NCBI RefSeq assembly: GCF_037042905.1
Contig: NW_026974141.1
Coordinates: forward strand, 992,001-1,056,000
Source of the DNA: Lytechinus pictus
Lineage: Eukaryota
Direction of reading: 5' to 3'
Length of the DNA stretch: 64,000 bases
Of this stretch, positions 12,189 through 24,400 are shown piece after piece. Each line of letters starts with the position of its first letter. Within the stretch, counting starts at the first letter, position 1. Under the pieces are notes generated by a model. It had not been told where the DNA came from. It worked only from the letters and a program-made list of their open reading frames with translations, and ran no database searches. The translations under genes and the position numbers were made by a program.

Positions 12189-12973
12189 GTAGTAGTGACG
12201 TTATCGACGCCAACAACGACATTCTGAGGGAGAGCCACATTCGACGACCAAGACAGCCCGAATGGACATCAGATCAATCTGCCTCGACGTCATCAAGCGA
12301 AGATATCCCAACATCGGGTCTCTACCAACACGAAGGTGGGCAGCGATGGTGGTCGCAAAGGGGGAGCAGGCAGCGTGAATATGATTACATCCAGCCTCCC
12401 CCATGGCGGAGAGGCTACAGACCATCAGGTGGGCGGCGCTTCGGGTTTGGTCAACGGCCAAATTGGAGGAGCAACCACGGTAACTGGAGATGGAGCGAGA
12501 CGCGAGATGGACCACGCCCATGGGAGCGTCGAAGACCACCGCCACATGTGAACCGCCCATTTGTTGACCGACCACGCCCACCTCCCCCGGCGCCGTTCAC
12601 GCCTCCGTTTAAAAGAGAGACGGAGGTTATGCTGACGCAGTACTTCCATGAGATGGGACGAGTGGAGAATCTCCTGCGGGAACGCGGTTTCGCCAAGGGT
12701 CCTGCGGCTACCGCGCCGGTCGCGCCCTACCGCCCTCATCCGACGCGGTACCAGCGTTACTCCGGTTATCACCGCGGAGGATGGGATCAGAGGATGGGAT
12801 CCAGGTCGTTGCCGTCAATGAGAGGATATGGGTTTCCATACCGTGAACGATCTCAACGAAGCGCCGATTGGTTTGACACAAGCCGATCGCAAACCAATAA
12901 CCAGATGAGCCAAAGGCACTCTGAGGAAGAGATGCCAGCCACTACTGTTGTACATGCTGCTGCTTCGGCTTAG
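12189..12973 (+). CDS. Gene A exon 9 (terminal, Arg/Gly/Trp/Pro-rich)
   Basis: Acceptor cctaacag|GT gives A+GT=Ser; frame open into the track ORF 12548-12973; TAG stop. The nine exons sum to 2349 nt (783 codons). Confidence 0.8.
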
Positions 12974-12984
12974 GTCATTTTACT

Positions 12985-13457
12985 GGTTACACTTCGTAAT
13001 TCCGAAGGTTCGTAATTCCGAAGGTTCTTTATTCCGAAGGTTCGTAAATCCGAAACACGTAAATTGCCTATACCTCGATGTTCGTTAATCCGAAAACGTA
13101 AAAGGGTTCGTTAATCCGAACATTTGTGGCGTTATTCCGAAGGTTCGTTATTCCGAAGGTTCGATAATCCGAAAACAAAATTAGGTTCGATGTTCCGAAG
13201 GTTCGTTAATCCGAAAACGAAATAAGGTTCGTTGTTCCGAAGGTTCGTTAGTCCGAAAACGAAATAAGGTTCGTTAATCATTTAGTTTTCGGACTAACGA
13301 ACCTTCGGAATTACGAACCTCATTTCGTTTTCGGATTAACGAACCTTCGGAACTACGAACCTCACTTCGTTTTCGGACTATCGAACCTTCGGAATTACGA
13401 ACCTTCGGAAATACGAACCTTCGGAATAACGAAGCTTCGGAATTACGAATGTATGCG
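12985..13457. mobile_element. Non-autonomous element built from ttccgaaggttcg motifs, probably Mutator/MULE-like
   Basis: Imperfect TIRs ggttacacttcgtaattccgaa / ttcggaattacgaatgtatgcg; flanks attttact / attctact (8 bp, 1 mismatch); near-identical copy at 56416. Confidence 0.75.
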
Positions 13458-13624
13458 ATTCTACTTACCTGACGATTTCATGAAAGATTAAAAATACACT
13501 GAGATGAAAGGGGAAGGGAAAATAAGTCATAAAGGCGGGAGGCCTCATTACTGGAAGACTTGTAACAGTTATATGTGAGGTTCAGAAATTCAAGCACAAC
13601 TCCCAAATATTCGCTTCAGCCATC

Positions 13625-13936
13625 AGGGAAACGGGACTTGTCGGACGTTTTATCCGACAAATCCTGTTCCATCCGAAAGTTACAGTTACAATGCCTTTTC
13701 AGCCAATCAAGATCTGGGTTCCGTAACACAAAGATTAGCGATGAATAGCAAATATGAGAGAACACTTCTGATTCGTTCCTGGTCAGTATTTCGCGCCAAA
13801 TGCATGTGTGATATTAATTTTGATTGGTCATTTTAATAATTTAGCGATTGATCGCTAATCCTTGTGTTACGGAGCCAAGAAGAGTTGTCAGATCCGACAA
13901 CTTGTAGGACAAATAATGTTGATGAAACGCTTCCCT
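13625..13936. mobile_element. MITE (same family as 33396-33560) interrupted by a second MITE at about 13716-13876
   Basis: Outer ggacttgtcggacgttttatcc...gatgaaacgc matches the uninterrupted copy. Inner TIRs gggttccgtaacacaaagattagcgat / atcgctaatccttgtgttacggagcc. Confidence 0.65.
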
Positions 13937-15633
13937 GGTTGGTTGAATCTATTGTGATTGAATTTTGAAATTGCGTTTGATCGTAGCCATTTGTTTAACG
14001 GGCCCCCGCGGGTCTTGTGAAGTTACTTATGGCTTTATAGCAAAGGCAAAAGTGGCAAAATGATGACAATAGAATATCCCGAACCCCTCGAAGTAAACTT
14101 TATGGGGGTACTTAAAAACCTCGTGAGCAGGTGGGCTATGAGACATGAACAAGATCCGGAATTCTAGTCCTTTCCAACGGATCCAGCGTGTGAGTTATAA
14201 TCATTTTTTTACAGTTAAACGTATGCATGTATTTTCATCATTAGGTGTATAAAATCAATAACAGATTTACAAAGGAATGAACAATGAAATATCTCTGAAA
14301 ATATGTTAAAACATCGTTAAATGAATAATTACGTTCATACTGATAATGTATTAATTTTACTCAAGCAATGAAATGTATACTTCCTTATACTAGGATGAGT
14401 TTATTGCACAGTGATTAATGCAAAAATAGAAGAAAAAAAATAAACAGATAGGGCCTGTATAATCTACTTTTTTAACAAAGGTAAATTTCATCAAATTTGT
14501 ATATTGGTAGATATGTTTATTTTTTTAGATATGTGACAGATTTACAGATAATTATGTATATACATATATGGATAGAAACATATAAATATAAAATGATAAA
14601 TACAGATAAAAATAAAAGTTATGAAAGGTTATTTATTTTAAATTTGTTTATTAAAATGATTACTGATGAAAAAGATGATAGCAACATTCCTCTAGAGTAA
14701 TCGTTGGTGTTGATTAATGATAAATGAAAAATATTATATTTGTTTACTTTTTTCCTGAATATATATCTTCATGTTTGTAAAAACGGCATTTTGCTAAACT
14801 AGCTTCAGACAAATATTCACTCTGTTTACTCGTGGGTAATCCTCCGACTGTCGTTTGTCGATATTTCGGTGAAAAAAAAGGGTCAACGTTTTCCAGTGAC
14901 TTTTCACATTTTATAGTAGATATCTTTCGGAGTATTGACACCTATTTACCTCCCGCCTCTTCCAGCTTATCTCCAATCCCTCATTTGTAACAAATGATCA
15001 TTATACTTTCCATACATAATTCCATAGTGTACAACGAATTAAATGAAGATTGATGTGTATGTATTGCCAGTATGTGTATCGTTAAATCTATGTCAACTTA
15101 ATTATATTCGAATATCTTATTTTATCGTCATTTTAGAGTTTAATTTTGTTTTGATATTGTTTAATCGCTTCAACTTGTATGATAAGTGAGCATGAAATGA
15201 ATTGCAGTCTATTGTAATTCCATGCAGAGCTAACTTAATGTCAAATCTGCATAGAATAGAACTTTTGCATGGTTTACATAAAAAGTATTATAAAACATTT
15301 AAGTAATGAGTGTGTGACATCATCGACTCTTTCATATGCATGCCACTCGTGTGAGGCTTGTTGTGAAAATAGATACTTTGAAATGTCATTATACATCCGA
15401 TTTGATGGTTTGTTTTTTCAGCATTGTGCTTATTTTACTTTCGTCTATTTATTCAAATCAAATTTCATTTGTGGTGGACTTCACCTTAATTAATGAAAAT
15501 AGAGAATAGCAATGAGAAGTATTAATAGGGAAGGAGAGTGACTGCAGGGAGAAAGACATGGATGTATTTAAGATGATTCCGGCATAAAGAGGCAAGAATT
15601 CGTAAAATGTTTAAAGACCACCGTACACCTTAA

Positions 15634-17381
15634 GGACGTTCCACAGTTAAAGTGAAATCCATGTCATTTTCACCAAACTTTGCACATAGATACTTTAAAA
15701 CCTTAATATTTGAAATATGCAAAAATCAACATAGGTCCATGTGCTTGATTTTTTGCTATAGAGCTTCAAAGTTCACCCAAATTGATGTTCTTAAGAATTG
15801 CGCATTCAAAAGAATTTGGCATTTTTAGACCGCCCAAGATTACTGCAATGAGTTTAAACCTCTATTACTCATTCAAAATACATGAAAAAGTAATCAAATT
15901 TCGCAAGAGAGTTAATAGTTGTATCGTTAGAATGGAGAATCTATTTATAGTGCTATTTGTTTGCAATTTTAAGTTTAACAGCACTATTAGTTCTTAAAAA
16001 TGGCGTAAAAGATAACAAAATCCCAATCTAGTACAATAAATGATGCACTTTATTCAAAATCCATGTCATTTTCACCAAAATTTGCAGAGTTGTAGAGGAA
16101 GGTATACCTTAAGGCCACCGCACACCTTACGACCCGACTGGTCGGCGACTGGCTTGCGACTGGGTGAGGGGAAATGAATCGCAAGGTAGTCATAAGCCTC
16201 GACACCGCACACCTTGCGATCCGATTTGCGACTCACGCATGCGCTTTTTGCTTTTTGGCATAACAACAAAAAGAATGCGTTTACTACTGCGTATGCGCGT
16301 TGTTTATCATATACGCGTCGTGCAACTCTGCTGTCTGATTGGCTGGAATTTGGATTGAGCTTGCGATCCAGTCATAAGGATTCGACATGTCAAATCCTTC
16401 CGATTTTCCTTGCGACTTGTCTCTGACCGGTCTGCAACTCGAAGCTGACTAGAGCTGTGACGTCACATCTCCCCTCACCCAGTCGCAAGCCAGTCGGCGA
16501 CTGGTCGGGTCGTAAGGTGTGCGGTGGCCTTAAAGGCCACCGCACACCTTACGACCCGACTGGTCGGCGACTGGCTTGCGACTGGGTGAGGGGAGATGAA
16601 TCGCAAGGCAGTCATAAGCCTCGACACCGCACACCTTGCGATCCGATCTGCGACTCACGCATGCGCTTTTTGCTTTTTGGCATAGCATCTGAAAAATTGC
16701 GCTTACTACTGCGTATGCGCGTTGTTTATCATAATACGCATCGTGCAACTCTGCTGTGTGATTGGCTGGAAGTTGGATTGAGCTTGCGATCCAGTCATAA
16801 GGATTCAACATGTCAAATCCTTCCGATTTTCCTTGCGACTTGTCTCTGACCGGTCTGCGACTCTGAAGCTGACATGCGCTGTGACGTCACATCTCCCCTC
16901 ACTCAGTCGCAAGCCAGTCGGCGACTGGTCGGGTCGTAAGGTGTGCGGTGGCCTTAAGATGTACAGACATTAAAAAATAGGGGTTCATGTGCTTGTTTTT
17001 AAACTATCAGCATTTTTATTAGAGAAAATGTGTTTTTTAAAACACCAAAAATGCGCCGAATGCTTTGTATCTATGTGAAGAAAAAAATCAAAACCACTCT
17101 ACCGTTTATTCAAACTCGGGGTAATATTCGTGATTCTTGGCAGCACTGCAGAGTAAAGTATTTTAAAATTGTAGAGAATTTTTTTTTAATGGTCCATTGA
17201 ATAATTCGATTTTTTAGCTTCATGAAATAACGCATCGGATCTGCAGTTATAGTGCAGAAGATGAGAAAAATCAGCTCATACCCGCAGCTAATAATCACCT
17301 GTTCATCCATTGTGACGTCAGCGCGCAGAGTGTAAACTATGCGCAGATCATAATGCGCACAAACATAACTGTCGAACGTCC
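15634..17381. mobile_element. TTAA-flanked non-autonomous element B (Kolobok-like)
   Basis: TTAA|ggacgttccacagtta ... taactgtcgaacgtcc|TTAA. Confidence 0.7.
16113..16953. mobile_element. Head-to-tail tandem dimer of a ~418-bp MITE inserted in element B
   Basis: Copies 16113-16529 and 16535-16953, each with ~60-bp TIRs (ggccaccgcacaccttacgacccgac...), joined by ttaaa and flanked by TTAA. Confidence 0.85.
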
Positions 17382-17443
17382 TTAAGGCGACCGCACACCT
17401 TACGATTGGTCTGCGACTCAATTTTGGAATAAAACGTAGTAGA

Positions 17444-19766
17444 TTTATTTTTTTTTTTTTCAATTTGTTTCCCCTCCACAGGGATTTTATTATTATTCAA
17501 AACATAACAAGATATCTTTTCAATGACAAATCAAATTAATAACAACGAAATACAATACAACAGTAATTGTAACAAATATATAAATTGAACTGTCAGGTTA
17601 ACATAATAGTAAACAATTTAAGGAACAAGCAAGGAGTAAATGAACAATAATATTCATATGTATCATTGTACATGGAAAGTGAACTGAACAGATCACTTCA
17701 TGTAAACATGGCACGTAATTGAAACCATTTCTTTGTAAACTTTACCATTTTACAATTTGACTCTGCGATATATTTTTCATTCTTGAAATAATTCTGAAGT
17801 GCAAATTTGATATTATCAAAAACAGGTAATTGATGTTTTACTCTGGAAGTATAGATCATCTGTCGTATCACTATCAATAAACAATTTAATGCATAATTAC
17901 TTGAACCTCTTAAACCAAATAATTTTTCTTTATTAGAGAAAAAAATTCTATTTCCAGTTTTAAGAAATATCCATTGTTCAAACCTGTCCCATATATGTTT
18001 AATACATGTACATTCACAAATTAGATGAGTAACTGTTTCACGGTGTACATTACAAAAAGTACATTCTTTTTGTTGAGCTAAATTAATTTTAAACAATATT
18101 TCATTTGTATATAAAATATGTTGCATTATTTTGAACTGAAACCAACGTAAATTCACATCGGTAGTACAACTGAATCCAATAGAGCAATACGATTGCCATT
18201 GCTTGTCATTCATATCGAATATACACTTCCACTTAAGGAAACTTTTACATTCCACTTTTCTTTTCTTTTTAAGAATCGTATAGATGTGTAAACAACCTTT
18301 ATTATATTTCATAACAAGTGCTATTGTATCAGGGATAATAGGTTCTTGGAACTTGCTAAAGTGTGTGCCATTGCTAAAACCGTCTCTTATAGCATCACAT
18401 AATCCACGGTAAAAAATAAAATTTATTTGAACATTGTATTTTTCCTTAAGGTCATTCAAAGAGAGGAAATTGCCATGTACATCTAAAATATCATTAACAA
18501 AACGAACACCCCTATTATTTAGAGATCTACTGTGAATTGAGCTATTACCTATTTTGATAAAATCATTGTTCCATAAGGGTTGGCAAGGTATATCATTACA
18601 GTGCATAGATAACAGTGTGCTATACGCTAAGAACATTTCTTTCCAAAAAGGATTTTGAATTTCGTGTGCCAGTCTAAAAAAATAGCTATTTCCCATATAA
18701 AGATCCAAGTTTTGCGTTTTATGCAAAAAAGACTGAAAAAGACAAATAATATTACCGTCAATGGAACCGTTTATCATTTTTTTCATCCAAGAAATTTTCA
18801 ATGACTGGCAATGCAGATTTATGTCTATCATTTTTACTCCACCTTCAGAATAACTCTGAGACATTTGATTTCTACTTACTTTATCTGGTTTCTCTCCCCA
18901 TATGAATCTATGAAATTGGGAATTTACATCTTTTAGAAATAACTCACTTGGATTCGGGAGAGAAAGAATTAAGTAGTTCAATTTAGACACAAACAATGAC
19001 TTGACAACCGTAACTCTTCCAAGGACCGTCAGGTAACGTCTTAACCATGAAGTCATTTGACTTTTGATCTCTTTAAACTTTTCATTGTAATTATGCACCG
19101 TCATTTTCTGAAGATCTGTACAAAAATCTATACCTAAATATCTGAAGTATTCATCAAATACCCAATTCAAATTCCTATTGGCAAGAATACAGTCTTTCTT
19201 GTTCTTATATCCTCCAATCCATATTGCATGTGTCTTGGTTATATTAACAGTCAAACCTGATATTGTTTTATATTTTTCCAAGATGTCAAAAGCACTACTC
19301 AATTCTCTTTCTGAACCGTTTAATGTCAGAAGAGTGTCATCTGCATACTGTAATATTTTATGACATTTACCAGAGGGCATCCTCAAACCATCTATTGACG
19401 TTGATTGTCGAAACAAAACGCCAAGTATTTCAGCACATAATAGAAAAATATATGGAGACAATGGATCTCCTTGGCGACAGCCCCGCTCTATTGAAAATCT
19501 GGGAGACAGGTGTCCATTGATTAAAACACAAGATTGAGCATTTTCATAAAACACATCAAACCATTTAACAATGGTCGGACCAAATTTAAAGAAGTGTAGT
19601 ACATTGCGAATAAAGTCATGAGAAATTGAATCGAATGCCTTCTCAAAATCTATAAGTAACAATAAACCGGGAATATCGTTTAATTCAGTATATAATAATA
19701 TATCATATAACAAGCGGATGTTTTCTCCGATAAAGCGTCCGGACATAAACCCTTTCTGATTCTCAT
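17444..19766 (-). mobile_element. 5'-truncated L1/Tx1-clade non-LTR retrotransposon
   Basis: Poly(A) tail (T-run 17444-17460), short 3' UTR, TSD gtagtaga at 17436-17443 and 19767-19774. The empty site is visible in the sister MITE at about 20171. Confidence 0.9.
17698..19766 (-). CDS. LINE ORF2 fragment: reverse transcriptase plus C-terminal zf-RVT, endonuclease lost by truncation
   Basis: Motifs (E)NQKGFMSGR, LLIDFEKAFDS, GCRQGDPLSPYIF, QYADD, YLGI, CTFC...ETVTHLICEC; more than 680 codons uninterrupted. Confidence 0.92.
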
Positions 19767-20777
19767 GTAGTAGAATTTGATGCTAATATTGAAACTTGGA
19801 ATATCTTACTGTGTAATGTTCGAAATCATCGTACGAATACCTATGTTCAAATCTGTGACTATGCTATAATCCTTCTTAGAATAAAAGCAAATTTAATATC
19901 TAGTCTTAATGACGTCATAGCAGTCGTAAGATTGGCTACGATTTGAAACTAATTTGGCCTTTACTCGAAAATTAATGGCTTGCAATCTGTCAAAATGGTT
20001 ATATTAGTATTCTTTCAATTAATTTTAACCTCAATTAAAATGATAATGTTCCATTCACATTTTCAGAAAATTAGCAAAATGCGATTTGTTCCAAAATTGG
20101 ATCGCGAACAGTCGTAAGGTGTGCGGTGGCCTTTATACGATTGGTCTGCGACCCGATTTCGGAATAAAAAGTAGTAGAATTTGATGCTAATATTGAGATA
20201 TGGAATATCTTATTGTGTAATGTTCTAAATCAAATCTGTGACTATACTATCTAATAGAATAAAAGCAAATTCGGCATCTAATCGTAATGACGTCTAAGCT
20301 TTGAAAATAATTTGGCCTTTGCTAATAATAAAGGCTTGCAATCATCCAAAATTTTTATATTAATACCCTTTCAGTTGGTTCAAACTTCAAATAAAAAATT
20401 ATATTTTACATTCACATTTTCAGAAAATGTGCAAAATACGATTTGTTCCAACTTGAATCGGAGTGTGGACCAGTCTGTAGGTGTGCGGTGGTCTTAATAA
20501 TAACAAAACGAGATCGGGAGAGGGAGAGAGAGAAGGGGGTGGGGGAGACTCGAAAAAAAGAGAGAGGGGGATGGGGTTGAAGTATAGGCCCTACGGTTAT
20601 ACTTACATGACCAGAGAGGTATCGGGATGAAACGTTTTTATTAACAGATAAAATATTTTGAAATATTCGATTAGATATCGACCCATTCAACACCAATTTT
20701 TCGTTATATTCCTTCGGAAAAAAGATGCGGACGATAGGTCAATGCGGATTCTTGCGTCCACTTGCGGATAATCTTGC

Positions 20778-20945
20778 GAAAACGAAATAAGGTTCGTAAA
20801 TCCGAAGGTTCGACAGTCCGAAAACGAAATGAAGTTCGTTTATCCGAAGGTTCGTCAGTCCGAAAACGAAATGAGGTTCGTTTATCCGAAGGTTCGTTAG
20901 TCCGAAAACGAAATAAGGTTCGTTAATCTGAAAATGAAATAAGGT
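20778..20945. repeat. Partial copy of the ttccgaaggttcg element
   Basis: About four 39-bp units cgaaaacgaaat(a/g)aggttcgt...ccgaaggttcg, matching 13170-13280. Confidence 0.7.
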
Positions 20946-21449
20946 ATTAGAAGCGGGGGGGGGGGGGGGGGGGGCTTCCAAAACTTTTTTTCCAAAGCCC
21001 CTCCCCCCCACTTTGAAAAAGGCTTAAGCTCCTATGATTCTCAAGTTTGTTGAAAAAAAAAATTAACAACTGATATTTCCCTCTTCATTTCCTTTTCCCT
21101 TCCACTTTGATTTCGCTTCTGTTTCCTGTCCCATTTTTCCTTCTCTCTATCTCTCTTACTTCTATTTTTTTTGTTTCTTTCATTATGTTCTTTTATCACT
21201 CTCTTTCCTTTATCATTTTTTCTTTTCTGTTTCTGTATTTTCCTTCCCCTTTCGATTTCCCTCTTCCGCCCCCCCCCTCTTTCTCTCTCTCCCTCTTCCT
21301 ATTTCGTTTTCTCCTTTCATTTTGTTCACCCATTCTTCATTTTTTTAACTCTTATCTCTCTATCGCTTTCACTCGCTCTATCTGCTACCTTAATTTACTC
21401 AACTGCAAGAGAAATCATAATTTAAATACTTCTTGAGGTTAATTTACAA

Positions 21450-21455
21450 TTTATT
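21450..21455 (-). promoter_or_regulatory. Candidate poly(A) signal AATAAA of gene B
   Basis: tttatt on the + strand, about 35 nt past the TGA at 21490. Confidence 0.5.
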
Positions 21456-21489
21456 TACAATTATTTACAATTTCTTCAATGAAATGTTT

Positions 21490-24400
21490 TCAAGAGTGTC
21501 TTCTACGCCTTCGCCAACCAAAACAGCAAAGTCTTTTCCACCACTTCAGTCTCCTTCCATTAACGATTCTCTGGTCCGTGATATCCCCGATACTTTCCTT
21601 CTTGATATTGCCATCCTTTCCGCTCATCTTTATCTCCTCTTTAAAGTCTTGCAACTCTGGAACCTCCTGTTCTATTTCCTTCTTCTGCTTGTCCTCCTCC
21701 TCTAGCTTCACTTTCTCCATCCACATCTCATTCCAAAATGATTCGGCAAACTCTGTTGATTCCTCAAGCATTTCGGGCAGCTTCTGTTCATCGTCCACCT
21801 CTTCCTTCTCCTTGGTGAGGTTGTTCAATGAAGTGATCACCAATGCATCCTCCCCTGCCATCATCTTCTCCTCGAGCCCCATCTCATCTTTAGCTATCAG
21901 CTCTACCTTTCCTGTCTGAGCCATCTCCTCCCCTTCCATTAGCTCCAGCTCCTCCACCGGCTCTGTTCCCTGCCCTTCCACTGCAGTCATCTCTGCCATC
22001 TTCAGCTCCTCCTCCTCCATAGCCATCAGCTCTACATTCCCTGTCTCTACCTCCTCATCTTCCATTAGCTCTAGCTCCTCCACCAGCTCTGTTTCCAGCC
22101 CTTCCACTGCAGTCATCCCTGCAATCTTCAGCTCCTCCTTCTCCTCCTTAGCCATCAGCTCTACCTTTCCTGTCTCAACCTCTTCATCTTTCATTAGCTC
22201 CAGCTCCTCCATCGGCTCTGTTCCCTGCCCTTCCACTGCAGTCATCCCTGCAATCTTCAGCTCCTCCTCCGCCTCCTTAGCTGACAGCTCTGCCTTTCCT
22301 GTCTGAGCCATCTCCTCCCCTTCCATTAGCTCCAGCTCCTCCACCGGCTCTGTTCCCAGCCCTTCCACTGCAGTCATCTCTGCCATCTTTAGCTCCTCCT
22401 CCTCCATAGCCATCAGCTCTACATTCCCTGTCTCCACCTCCTCATCTTCCATTAGCTCTAGCTCCTCCACCAGCTCTGTTTCCAGCCCTTCCACTGCAGT
22501 CATCCCTGCAATCTTCAGCTCCTCCTTCTCCTCCTTAGCCATCAGCTCTACCTTTCCTGTCTCAACCTCTTCATCTTTCATTAGCTCCAGCTCCTCCATC
22601 GGCTCTGTTCCCTGCCCTTCAACTGCAGTCATCCCTGCAATCTTCAGCTCCTCCTCCGCCTCCTTAGCTGTCAGCTCTGCCTTTCCTGTCTGAGCAATCT
22701 CCTCCCCTTCCATTAGCTCCAGCTCCTCCACCGGCTCAGCTCCCAGCCCTTCTACTGCAGTCATCTCTGCCATCTTCAGCTCCTCCTCCTCCATAGCCAT
22801 CAGCCCTACATTCCCTGTCTCCACCTTCTCCCCTTCCATTAGCTCCAGCTCCTCCACCAGCTCTATTTTTCCAGCCCTTCCACTGCAGTCATCCCTGCAA
22901 TCTTCAGCTCCTCCTCCTTAGCCATCAGCTCTATCCTTCCTGTCTCAACCTCCTCATCTTCCATTAGCTCCAGCTCCTCCATCGGCTCTGTTCCCTGCCC
23001 TTCCACTGCAGTCATCCCTGCAATCTTCAGCTCCTCCTTCTCATCCTTAGCCATCAGCTCTACCTTCCCTGTCTCAACCTCTTCATCTTTCATTAGCTCC
23101 AGCTCCTCCACCAGCTCTGTTCCATGCCCTTCCACTGCAGTCATCCCTGCAATCTTCAGCTCCTCCTCCGCCTCCTTAGCTGTCAGCTCTGCCTTTCCTG
23201 TCTGAGCCATCTCCTCCCCTTCCATTAGCTCCAGCTCCTCCACCGGCTCTGTTCCCAGCCCTTCCACTGCAGTCATCTCTGCCATCTTTAGCTCCTCCTC
23301 CTCCATAGCCATCAGCTCTACATTCCCTGTCTCCACCTCCTCATCTTCCATTAGCTCTAGCTCCTCCACCAGCTCTGTTTCCAGCCCTTCCACTGCAGTC
23401 ATCCCTGCAATCTTCAGCTCCTCCTTCTCCTCCTTAGCCATCAGCTCTACCTTTCCTGTCTCAACCTCTTCATCTTTCATTAGCTCCAGCTCCTCCATCG
23501 GCTCTGTTCCCTGCCCTTCAACTGCAGTCATCCCTGCAATCTTCAGCTCCTCCTCCGCCTCCTTAGCTGTCAGCTCTGCCTTTCCTGTCTGAGCAATCTC
23601 CTCCCCTTCCATTAGCTCCAGCTCCTCCACCGGCTCAGCTCCCAACCCTTCTACTGCAGTCATCTCTGCCATCTTCAGCTCCTCCTCCTCCATAGCCATC
23701 AGCCCTACATTCCCTGTCTCCACCTTCTCCCCTTCCATTAGCTCCAGCTCCTCCACCAGCTCTATTTTTCCAGCCCTTCCACTGCAGTCATCCCTGCAAT
23801 CTTCAGCTCCTCCTCCTTAGCCATCAGCTCTATCCTTCCTGTCTCAACCTCCTCATCTTCCATTAGCTCCAGCTCCTCCATCGGCTCTGTTCCCTGCCCT
23901 TCCACTGCAGTCATCCCTGCAATCTTCAGCTCCTCCTTCTCATCCTTAGCCATCAGCTCTACCTTCCCTGTCTCAACCTCTTCATCTTTCATTAGCTCCA
24001 GCTCCTCCACCGGCTCTGTTCCATGCCCTTCCACTGCAGTCATCCCTGCAATCTTCAGCTCATCCTCCGCCTCCTTAGCTGTCAGCTCTGCCTTTCCTGT
24101 CTGAGCCATCTCCTCCCCTTCCATTAGCTCCAGCTCCTCCACCGGCTCTGTTCCCAGCCCTTCTACTGCAGTCATCTCTGCCATCTTCAGCTCCTCCTCC
24201 TCCATAGCCATCAGCTCTACCTTCCCTGTCTCCACCTTATCCCCTTCCATTAGCTCCAGCTCCTCCACCAGCTCTGTTTCCAGCCCTTCCACTGCAGTCA
24301 TCCCTGCAATCTTCAGCTCCTCCTCCTCCTCTTTAGCCATCAGCTCTATCTTTCCTGTCTCCACCTTCTCCCCTTCCATTAGCTCTAGCTCCTCCGCCAG

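Larger units (their letters stand above)
17386..20132. mobile_element. Harbinger-like MITE A2 (same family as A1), split by the LINE
   Basis: ggcgaccgcacaccttacga ... tcgtaaggtgtgcggtggcct. Body 19767-20132 aligns with the A1 body 20170-20494. Confidence 0.7.
15615..20494. mobile_element. PIF/Harbinger-like MITE A1, outermost shell of a nested stack
   Basis: TAA|agaccaccgtacacc (15615) ... ggtgtgcggtggtct|TAA (20494). The body resumes at about 20136 (tacgattggtctgcgac). Confidence 0.65.

Noticed and set aside
12201-12772. Antisense and alternate-frame ORFs over gene A exon 9
   Set aside because: Expected shadows of GC-rich coding sequence.
16072-16849. Duplicated 65-130 aa ORFs
   Set aside because: They lie within the tandem MITE dimer; no transposase motifs.
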